Part shown: in pieces, positions 53,632 to 64,000 of the stretch | How positions within the stretch are numbered: the stretch's first letter is position 1 | How the letters are laid out: each line of letters starts with the position of its first letter | Origin: Eledone cirrhosa | Lineage: Eukaryota | Direction of reading: 5' to 3' | DNA length: 64,000 nt | Assembly: GCA_964016885.1 (NCBI GenBank) | Contig: OZ024742.1 | Location: 156,612,001-156,676,000 of the forward strand | Notes under the pieces: generated by a model | What the model was told of the DNA's origin: nothing | The model's input: only the letters and a program-made list of their open reading frames with translations | Databases searched by the model: none | Program-made: the position numbers and the translations under genes

Positions 53632-54333
53632 GTATAAAGTAAACGAAAAATCAGTGATACATCTGGACTTAATCTATTGCGTGTTACAAATGTTTCGCCG
53701 GCCGGTAGCTCGAGACATGGTACTAGTATGCATCTGGCTGATTCTACTTCTGCGGGTTTTTTCAGACACGGGTGTTTCGTCTGGAGCAAATGTTTTCACT
53801 GGGGTGTTATCATCAAAAAACACCCTCAAAAAACTGTACTTCCACTCTTGTATTGCCATTGGCTGTTTTTACTCCACGTCATCACAAGTTCTGGTCAGTA
53901 TCTGCTGCCACACGGTTCATCAGCCATTTTCCGTCCGACACATTTCGATGGAGTCATGCTGGGTTCAGTATTTCACACGTCTGTTCACACATCAGAGTAA
54001 ACACTCACAAATACTACAATACCCGCATGACAAGAGTGGATGTAGGGTTTTTTGAGGGTGTTTTTTTATGATAATACCCCAGTGATAAAATTTGCACCAG
54101 ACGAAACACTCGTGTCTGAAAGAACCTGCAGCAGTAGAATCAGCCGGATCCATACAAGGACCATGTCTCGAGCTACCTGCCGGCGAAACATTTGTAATAC
54201 GCAATAAATTAAGTCCAGATGCATCACTGATTTTTCATTTTCTTTATACCATCTACACTCTACTCTGCTGAATATCGAGTGCTAATCTTGGCATACCGCC
54301 TATGGCACCACCATAGTTACGATTTTACACAAC
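53632..54333. mobile_element. Fold-back element (~220 bp arms, 53632-53850 / 54031-54249, tail 54250-54333) with several hammerhead-like half motifs
   Basis: Arms are reverse complements; motifs GACGAAACACNCGTGTC, CGTGT-CTGAA...GGCGAAACATTTGTA-AYACG-C-AATAAA, and CTGATGA on - strand at 53917-53923. Confidence 0.88.
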
Positions 54334-54388
54334 TATATATATATATATCGACTGCTAGATCTGAACAGATCTAACAACACTTTCTTTG

Positions 54389-54454
<66 letters not shown>

Positions 54455-54635
54455 TATTGGTAAAAGGAAAAGAAAATGCTGACAAATTGTTCCCAGTTAA
54501 AAATAGTTTAATTAGGAATAAGTAAATATTAGTAATAGTATTGGTTAGTATTCAGTTTTGGTTTTAAGTTTTACTGGTTGCGCATTTCTAATGCATTTCA
54601 AAAATAATGTTTAGATAGAGCGCCCGTGATGTTTG

Positions 54636-54694
<59 letters not shown>

Positions 54695-54701
54695 TATATA
54701 T

Positions 54702-55709
54702 TAGGGTGGCCTTTAGTAATAGGTCAGTTTCCGAAAGTCTTGCTGCTTCCATCCGCTCATCCTGTTTCAATGAAAAATGAATCGTGTTGTGCACAATTTC
54801 AGCTCAATCGTCAATCGTAAGCAACCCTCAAACGCCTTGAAGTTGGAACATATTATACGTAACGATAAATTATGTTCAAAGGCGGTATACTGTTCCCTAT
54901 CTCTACCATTTTCGTTTTACTTCTTAGAGAAATATATGTGGACACATCCAGGCAAGCCCAGCAAATACATTGTATAACCACATTCTGATATATGCTTATA
55001 TTCTCCTCTCATCCTCTCCTCCTCATCATACACACCTCCCTTCCTCCTCTGCCTCACACCCTTCCTCTCCTTGCCGCTCTTCATCTCCTACCTCCATTTC
55101 CACCCTTTTCTCCCCTTGCCCCCTATCCTCCACTTCTTCGCCCTCTGACACGTCCCCGCCCCATTCCCCCATTCCCCATTCCCCCTCCCATTTCTCCCTC
55201 CTTCCTCTCCTTGGTCTCAATTTCTCCTTGTATCTATGTACTTGTTTATATACAAATACGATGAGAATAGGGGAGTATATATATATATTACTCAATACTG
55301 AGTCCTCATTTCTGTCAGATGTCAACCAAATACGGATATATGTATATTACCGTGGCTCTTAGCAATAGGTAATTTCACAAAAGTTAAAACTCTGCGGCTC
55401 CTCCAGCGAAAGATAAGTGTATGCCCTATTCCTGCGCTCTGTCCCCAGCTTTGCAAGTTACCTTCCCCATATATTTATTGTCACTTATCCTTCTAATACC
55501 AAGAATAAATCTGAACAATATTTAAAATTTAAGAGAAAATTATACAAGATGTAAAAAGCTTTTATCTGAAAAAATGACTTTCCGGCTGAAAACTTCAAAC
55601 AATTGCAGTTGGCCGCTTCAGCTAAAATTCAACCCAGATTGGTGACTTGTTAATTGAAATAAGATAGGAGCGGGGGGCTTAGCTTTTAGAAAGTTGAAAA
55701 ATAAAGGCC

Positions 55710-55715
<6 letters not shown>
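54702..55715. mobile_element. Non-autonomous Tc1/mariner-like DNA element with 14 bp perfect TIR TAGGGTGGCCTTTA, in (TA)n
   Basis: tagggtggccttta at 54702 and taaaggccacccta at 55702; no transposase ORF. Confidence 0.7.
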
Positions 55716-55807
<92 letters not shown>

Positions 55808-55810
55808 TTA

Positions 55811-56738
55811 CAATACATTAACAGAGAAAGCCTTAAGCTATACTCTGACTGGCTTCCATCTCACTCAACAAACATTAGGATATAACATAGTATAATCCCA
55901 ATTTTACGTTTGGGGTACTAACTATATGTATTTTGCGGAAGGCCAGTAGTATTATTTTATATGAGACATAATTAAAATATATCTCCTTTTCCAAACAATT
56001 GTTTCATTATAAGTTTTCTACAATTTGGGAGAATGCGTCCGGGTTATGTAGAAGCTTTCACACATTCCGTAGGAATATATGCAGGTGGGCACTTATAAAT
56101 CATCAGTGGATGCACGTCAAACATCGATATAAAAAAAAAACTCACTTACCCTGTCAGCGATGGTCTCTCTCCGTATCAGAATGACCGCCAAATTTGAAAT
56201 TCCAGCAGTCTCAGAATGAGGAGTCTCACACTGTCTTCAAGCGGAAAGGGGAGGTAATCGCGAAACACAAGGATTTAAAATAATATACATGTGGGTCAAT
56301 TAATTTTTTCTACAATTTTAACTTTGCGTGGGAAGATCTCAATTAGATTTTTAAAAAAAATAAATATATGCAAGTATTATTTATACACGCATCCAGGTAT
56401 TTTCTTAGTCTAAAAACAGAGATATGATACAAGAATAACAATCAATATTACATAGTAATAATAAATACGGAAAGTTACGCTTGAAAGGTATCTGGAAGTA
56501 TTCATCTCAGGCCAAATCAAGAGTATAATATTCAATACATTAACAGAGAAAGCCTTAAGCTATACTCTGACTAGCTTCCATCTCACTCAACAAACATTAG
56601 GATATACCATAGTATAATCCCAATTTTACGTTTGGGGTGCTAACTATATGTATTTTGCGGAAGGCCAGTAGTATTATTTTATATGAGACATAATTAAAAT
56701 ATATCTCCTTTTCCAAACAATTGTTTCATTATAAGTTT
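55811..56738. repeat. Near-identical ~205 bp direct repeats (55811-56016, 56533-56738) flanking ~515 bp of unique sequence
   Basis: caatacattaacagagaaagcc...ttcattataagttt occurs twice with only a few substitutions. Confidence 0.92.
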
Positions 56739-56754
56739 TATACATTCACACATA

Positions 56755-57170
56755 TATATATGTACGTATGGATTCACCGAACATTTATTATAATGCTCGG
56801 TGTGTTTGTAAACAAACATCCCGTATTAAGCCATAGTGTCTAGCAACCATCGTTGCTCGTTTGTTCAACATTGACAAAGGAACGCTGTTTCAAGTTTATT
56901 AGCTATCGTCAGCAACGTATAACTTCCTGCCTGATTATTAAACGTATATACATACCTAATGCATATTAACGGCTGAGTAGCCCAATTTGAATATCGAGTG
57001 GGTTAATCGGTCGGGTGCACCGAAAACGATAAACGGAAAAAAATGAAACGAAATTTCATTTCCCACTCTTAGTACGGCTGTTACTTTAATATAAGTATGT
57101 ACACGTACATACATATATGTATACAGACGTACAGTAGTATGTATATATATATATACATGCACACATATAT
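56755..57170 (-). mobile_element. Family C copy 2 (hammerhead at 56882-56918 with stem III deleted)
   Basis: Homology to 52490-53018. Confidence 0.85.
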
Positions 57171-57182
57171 ATATATATGTAA

Positions 57183-57264
<82 letters not shown>

Positions 57265-57326
57265 TATATATTATTTATATATATTATGGAATACTGTTGG
57301 CTTTTTGCTACAATGTTTTCTATACC

Positions 57327-57365
<39 letters not shown>

Positions 57366-57532
57366 TGTGGGCATTATATATATATATATACAATTACTTC
57401 AATAATCGTATATATCAAATTCAGTTGTCGAATTAATGTTGCATTTTTTTAGTGCATGTTACACATGTTTAACGAATATTTCATGTCAAAATATCTATTG
57501 TACGAATATTATAATGCATGATTGCAATAATG

Positions 57533-57533
57533 A

Positions 57534-57583
<50 letters not shown>

Positions 57584-57584
57584 T

Positions 57585-57625
<41 letters not shown>

Positions 57626-57632
57626 CTAATAG

Positions 57633-57682
<50 letters not shown>

Positions 57683-57940
57683 ATAATAATAATAATAATA
57701 ATAATAACAATTGTTTCTACTTTTGGCACAAGACCAGCAATTACCCAGTACATTATTGATACTTTATTTTATCGACCCCGTAAGGATGAAAGGAACAGTT
57801 AACCTCGGTCTTTCATCCTTACGGGGTCGATAAAATAAAGTACCAGTAACGTACTGGGTAATTGCTGGCCTTGTGCCAAAAGTAGAAACAATTATTATTA
57901 TTATTAGTAGTAGTAGTAGTAGTAGTAGTAATAATAATAA
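57533..57940. repeat. Two SINE family 1 3' halves head-to-head (57709-57892) inside mirror-image (TAC)n(TAA)n / (TTA)n(TAG)n tracts
   Basis: aattgtttctacttttggcacaag...cgaccccgtaaggatgaaag / ctttcatccttacggggtcga...cttgtgccaaaagtagaaacaatt. Confidence 0.9.
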
Positions 57941-59782
57941 CACACTGCTCTGCCATGGGATGGATAGACTACAAAAAGGCATTTGACATGGTGCCTCATT
58001 CTTGGATCACCAAAAGCCTGGAGATCTTCAAGGTGGCAGATAACATCAGACAGTTGTTGGGAAAAAGTATGAAGTCCTGGGAAACAGAGTTAACATCAAC
58101 TGGAGAATCCTTGGGAAGCGTGAAGATCAAGAAAGGTATCTTCCAGGGAGATAGTCTGTCCCCTCTATTGTTTGTCCTTGCCCTGATGCCCCTGACCAGT
58201 GTACTACGAAAAGTGAGAGCAGGATACAGGTTGGGAAAGGTAGGGCTTACCATCAATTACCTCCTCTTCATGGACTATCTTAAGCTCTTCAGGAAGAGTG
58301 AGAAGGAGTTGGATGTGCTTGTTGACACTGTCCATATTTTCAGCAATGATATATGTATGCAATTTGGTATTAGTAAGTGTGGAGTCCTTGTGCTGAAGAG
58401 GGGTACATTGAGCAGAAGTAACGGAATCCAGGTACCAACAGGTGATATGACAAAGGAAATTGACTCTGAAGAAGGATACAAGTATGTGGGTGTTCTGGAG
58501 GCTGATGACATCAATAACAAAAGAATGAAGGAATTGATAAGAACTGAATACATTCGGAGAGTAAGGAGCGTATTAAAGTCACATCTGAACAGTAGGAATG
58601 CCATAAGTGCAGTCAATTCCTGAGCTGTGTCTATTATTAGGTACAGTGCGGGAATTCTGAGATGGAATGTTGCTGAACAAAAAGAAATGGATAGGAAGAC
58701 TAGGAAGCTATTAACTATCTACAATATGTTACACAAGAGGAATGATGTCGATAGACTCTACTTAAGGAGATCTGAGGGTGGAAGAGGTCTTATCAGCATA
58801 GAGGACTGTGTTCAGATGGAGAAAAACAACCTACCCAAATACGTGACTGATAGTAAGGAGCCAATGCTCAGAACTGTACTGAAGGAGGGGACAATAGACC
58901 AGGGGATGTCCAAGGAGGAAATACCATCAAGGAGAACGAGCAGCCTTCAGGAAAAATCCCTTCATATTACCTTCTTTGAGAAAACTGAATTGGGATATCC
59001 ACAGACATGGAACTGGTTGAAAAGAGGAGACCTTAAAAAGGCTACAGAAGGAATGTTAATTGCTGCGCAGGAGCAGGCCCTCAAAACGAAGTGGTTGAAA
59101 CACCATATTTACAAGGAGGAGGCTAGCCCACTGTTCAGGATCTGTGGAGAGAGAGAGGGGAGACTGTGGCTCACATTGTATCCGAGTGTAAACACCTAGC
59201 CCAGACTCACTATAAGGGCTGGAGACATGATGTGATGGGCAGGGTGATCCACTGGCACCTATGCAAAGTAAACAATTTACCACATTCTGAGAAGTGGTAT
59301 GAGCATAAGCCAGAGTCGGTGATAGAAAACGATCAGGTGAAGGTGCTGTGGGATTTTGGGATACAGACGGACAAGAGACTGGAACATAATAGACCTGACC
59401 TGGTGGTTGTGGACAAAGAAAATAGATCGTGCCTGATTGTGGATGTGGCCTGCCCATTCGACACGAGAGTGCAAGAGAAGGAGAGGGAGAAAATTAACCG
59501 ATACCATGACTTAAAGTGGGAGGTAAAAAGGATTTGGAACTGCCATGAAGTCAAAGTGGTCCCGATTGTCATAGGCGCAGTAGGTACTATCTCAAAAAGT
59601 TTCCAGGGATGGTTAAAGAAAATTGGCCCCTTCACGCTTTTTGGAACGCTTCAAAAGGCATGCTTGCTGGGAACAGCAAGAACCCTCCGATACGTCCTGA
59701 ATATCTGAGGCTGCAGGTAGTGGCTTGATATTCATTTCAACAAACTTTCCAGTTAACTAACATCAATGACTGAGACTCAAAG
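57941..59782 (+). mobile_element. R4/Dong-like family 1, copy 3 (5'-truncated, stop and frameshift)
   Basis: ORFs 57955-58623, 58627-59199 and 59166-59708 are homologous to 23026-24777; (TAA)n tail. Confidence 0.95.
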
Positions 59783-59790
59783 AATAATAA

Positions 59791-59821
<31 letters not shown>

Positions 59822-59885
59822 TCTACTACTACTACTACTACTACTACTGCTACTGCCGCTGCTGTTGCTTCTGCTGGTGCAACTA

Positions 59886-59946
<61 letters not shown>

Positions 59947-60023
59947 TACTACTTCTACTATTTTACAACATTCTCTTTCCCTAAATCACACGCCGTTTTA
60001 AACGACATTATCTATATATTAAA

Positions 60024-60168
60024 TTGGCAGTATCGGTAGAGGGTTGGACGCCCTGCTTTCTAGCATAGTTACGTCCCATTACAGTATGAGTTCAAATCCC
60101 GCCGAGGTTAACTTTGCCTTTCATACTTACGGGGTCGATTGCTGGCCTTGTGCCTAAAAGCAGAAACC
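60024..60168 (+). mobile_element. SINE family 1 with internal deletion
   Basis: A/B boxes and core; lacks the AAAATAAAGTACCAG...GGGTA segment. Confidence 0.85.
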
Positions 60169-60171
60169 ATT

Positions 60172-60400
60172 ATCTATATATATAAAACTGATGTTGTCTG
60201 CGTGTGTGTCCTCATTTTTGCAAAGTCTATACAAATCAACATTTCTACTCAAATTGACTTCTAACTTGCATTTATATATTTGCGGTCTAAAGATATGACC
60301 TGCCGCTTTTATTTTTAAATTTTCTGTTGATAAAGGGGTGTTAGGTGCCGGTTATTGATCGCCGTCGACCCCTTATACTATGGGTCTGTATATAAGGGTG
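60172..60400 (+). mobile_element. Possible non-autonomous Helitron 5' end
   Basis: A|TCTATATATATAAAACTGATGTTGTCTGCGTGTGTGTC start, typical of small Helitrons. Confidence 0.4.
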
Positions 60401-60578
60401 CCTGCATAACAACATTCTCACGACACATCATTGCTGACGTATTATCTTCGCTACATTCACACATACACACACACACATATATATATACATATATACTTAT
60501 ATATACGTATATATATATATATATACACATATAAACATACACACACACACATATATACACACACATATATATATATAT

Positions 60579-60655
60579 ATTGTTATACTTTGACAATATC
60601 GGTTTCAACACACGATTTCAGATAAAGAATCTTGCTAAACAAATTCAGAAACGAT
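60579..60655 (+). mobile_element. Minimal tail-only derivative of the 48421-50555 PLE family
   Basis: acaatatcggtttcaacacacgatttcagataaagaatcttgctaaacaaat vs acaatatttgtttcgacacacgatttcatatcaaaaacctcgcaaaacaaat; begins tattgttata like 48421. Confidence 0.75.
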
Positions 60656-60682
60656 ATATATATATACATATATACATACATA

Positions 60683-60763
<81 letters not shown>

Positions 60764-60815
60764 GCATACATACACACACACACATATATATATATATATT
60801 TTATATGTATCTATA

Positions 60816-60866
<51 letters not shown>

Positions 60867-61079
60867 ATACATTGTAGGTTGCTTTAACCCGTCTTTTATT
60901 ATTCAGAAAACTTCTTGCCTATAAACATTAAGCCTGTGTCCGCCATTCATCTAGCTGTAGACCAAAATATACAAAAAAACGGGTTGACGAGCACGATGGC
61001 GAATGAATGTTCCATATGAGCAGTTTACACCCGAGCTGTTTGTTCACGCCCGAATCTCTGCTACATTCTTTCGAAATAA

Positions 61080-61265
61080 TTGTTTCTACTATTGGCACAA
61101 GGCCAGAAATTACCCAGTACATTACTGGTACTTTATTTTATCGACCCCGTAAGGATGAAAGGCAAAGTCAACCTCGGCGGGATTTGAACTCAGATCGTAA
61201 AGGGACGTAACTATGCTGGAAAGCATGGCGTCCGACCCTCTACCGATACTGCCAATCCACCGCCC
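61080..61265 (-). mobile_element. SINE family 1, full length, TSD CTTTCGAAATAAT
   Basis: Close match to 11034-11220; 13 bp direct repeat at 61068 and 61273. Confidence 0.92.
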
Positions 61266-61352
61266 TGACAACCTTTCGAAATAATACTGAACAACGTACT
61301 GGTGGTCACTCCTTCCTCCAAAAGCCGTACAAAGCATCTCTCTATTTATCTC

Positions 61353-61383
<31 letters not shown>

Positions 61384-61427
61384 ATATCTCTCTCTCTCTC
61401 TCTCTCTCTTTCTATCTATCTATCTCT

Positions 61428-61486
<59 letters not shown>

Positions 61487-61969
61487 ATGAGAACAGATTC
61501 AAGTTTAAGCAAAGAATCGCTGCTATCAACAATAACGGGATCTTCTGAAACTAAAAAAATGTAATCTGTGAAAGCAGAAGTAAAAGAAATTTCGAGAAAC
61601 GTTACAACCAAAGGAAAACAGAAAGACGTTATTTTGGTTCGTGAAGACGTTCCCTGGCAATGAACGGAAAAAAAGCGAGGATAATACGTCGTTATTTGGA
61701 CTGAGAAGAACAATTTCATGCAAAGACAAGACCAAGTGTATGGTGTAAATGGAGTCGTTAGACTAATATTCTATTTAAAATAACCGAATGATTTCAAGCC
61801 CCGAAGTTTAAGAATGATGTAAATAAAATTGAAAACGAAAATGACAGAGGTTATTAAAATAGTAAAAGTAAATAGTGAAGATTTAGGGCAGTACATACAC
61901 GTATGCGCCGACGGACATACACATACATATACATACGTACACACAATTACATACACACACCCACAAACA

Positions 61970-62075
<106 letters not shown>

Positions 62076-62119
62076 AACACAGACACACACACACATACAT
62101 ACGCACGCACGCACACACG

Positions 62120-62552
62120 TGCGTGTGTGTGTAAGCCTTATGCATTTTTACAGTATTTTCACCAAACTTAAGACATAGGTTACTTATGTACTCCGGATAG
62201 TCATGGACACTTTCAAATTTCCAGATATTGATTATAGGGCCTCCCGGCAGATAACCCCCTTACACGCTTCCTTGGAGTCGACTGTAGCACTGCAGTGCAA
62301 TATAAAAAAACGTCATAACTTCTGGAGTTCGCAACCGATTTTCACAAAACTTGACACATGGGCTACGTTTGTTCGACTGATGAATGTGAATTGGCACATA
62401 TTGAGTAGGGGACTCCTGGGGCAGGAACCCCCTTTGGGAAAAAGCCGATACTTTGTAAAAGTATAGTGTTCGAATCACCACTGAAGTATTGACATAAATG
62501 GTATACATAACTCCTATTTAATACGCGAGCAACGCCGGCTTACCTCCGCTAG
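62120..62552 (+). mobile_element. Non-autonomous Helitron-like element, 3' part
   Basis: Internal AACCGATTTTCACAAAACTT motif; GC-rich subterminal cgcgagcaacgccggc, then CTAG|T terminus. Confidence 0.65.
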
Positions 62553-62584
62553 TTAATAATATTGCTAATATTAATAATACTAAT

Positions 62585-62771
62585 GGCGGTGGATTGGCAG
62601 TATCGGTAGCGAGTCGGACGCCATGCTTTCCAGCATAGAATTGCCTCCCGTTACAATCTAAGTTCAAATCCCGCCGAGGTTAACTTTGCGTTTCAACCTT
62701 ACTGGGTCGATAAAATAAAGTACCAGTAACGCACTGGAGTAATTGCTGGCCTTGTGCCAAATTTAGAAACA
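62585..62771 (+). mobile_element. SINE family 1, full length
   Basis: A/B boxes, core and 3' end match the consensus. Confidence 0.9.
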
Positions 62772-63222
62772 TTTAATAAGAGTGCTGTCATAAAATATGC
62801 CCATAGCCGCCCTTTTTACTGTTGGAAATTATTTATTATTTCCATCTCAAGATGCATATCCTACACTACACAAAGCATTTTAGTAATTAAATGTAACACA
62901 TTTCCACGGTCAGATATATACTATTTTCTATGACTCGGTTATAAAGAATGTAAAGTGTAGAAGGTACTATACATATGCCCTTGTAACAGTTGCTATCGAC
63001 AATAACGTAGTGATATCTATCAACCAAAGAATCGGATGTAACCCCTCATAATATATACAGGGAAATAAATATCCCTTCTATTTCAATGCCATGAAGTTTG
63101 ATGTAGGACATCCAATATCAGTATTGTTTGGTGACCTGATATATATATACATATATATATATATATAAGTTGAAAAAAAATGAAAACGAAATTTCAAAAA
63201 TATATATATATACACACATACT

Positions 63223-63262
<40 letters not shown>

Positions 63263-63943
63263 TCTTTTTTTTATTCTCTTTAGAATGAGATAGTTGTAGA
63301 ATGTAAAATACACATAAACAAATTAATTTACTGCTGAATAAAATGCGCAATCAACGATGAAATTTTAAATTACATTTGCAAAATAACGAATCAATATTTT
63401 GCTTGAAGGCTTAACAAAACACACTTCCTGTGTATTGATATTTCGAAATTCTCTTTGGGAAATTTGGCAATAGTGATAAAAGAATATCAAGGCAACAAAT
63501 GGGATATGTAGTATTGAGAAGATTATCAAATAAACTTTATCGCATATTAGTCAACTTAGACGAAATATTCTTATAATTATTTCTGCTATTTATTTGATAT
63601 GTATATATTCCGATACTCTTGTATATATATATAGCAGCTATTTAATTGGTATATGTATGTTTTGCTTTTGAATTAGACAGAAGTAAATATATTTACGTGA
63701 CACATATGTCAATGGAATTAAATCTTGATTTTCTGTAAGTTCATGAAATCTACAAATATATACCGGCATATACAGAATGAAGTATGCCAGAAATGCTGCA
63801 TTTCTAATGGGCATGCGTTCAATTTGTAAAATAAATAAATAATTTGTTAAAACGTATTACACTTTCAAAATTCAACTACTGCAAGCGGCCGCTGTGAAGG
63901 GGCCCTCTGCATTTCAATTGAAGCCGAATATTCTTAAGTAATA

Positions 63944-64000
63944 ATTGTTTCTACTTTTGGCACAAGGCCAGTAATAACCCAGTGTATTACTGGTACTTTA
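63944..64000 (-). mobile_element. SINE family 1, 3' end (cut by the window edge)
   Basis: attgtttctacttttggcacaaggccagtaataacccagtgtattactggtacttta. Confidence 0.85.

Noticed and set aside
55811-56738. TRIM or LTR retrotransposon
   Set aside because: The direct repeats lack TG...CA termini, and I found no PBS, PPT or TSD.

Overview
Eukaryotic, AT-rich, microsatellite-dense region made almost entirely of mobile DNA. I found no confidently supported host gene. The (TA)n/(CA)n density and tRNA-derived SINE content suggest an invertebrate, probably an octopus (inference, not shown directly). Contents: four Penelope-like element (PLE) remnants (RT and/or GIY-YIG); a ~17 kb cluster (22.9-40.1 kb) of R4/Dong-like and Tx1-like LINEs separated by (TTA)n; a third Dong copy at 57.9 kb; about 14 tRNA-derived SINEs; MITE- and Helitron-like elements; and RTE and Gypsy fragments. 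The most striking signal is a recurring class of (TA)n-embedded fold-back elements from several sequence-unrelated families. They typically carry a minimal type I hammerhead ribozyme (CUGANGA...GAAA, palindromic stem III, then AATAAA) and an unpaired tail on one arm. They range from ~2 kb PLEs with inverted ends down to a ~75 bp tail-plus-microhairpin. All folds and alignments were done by eye, so coordinates are approximate to a few bases.
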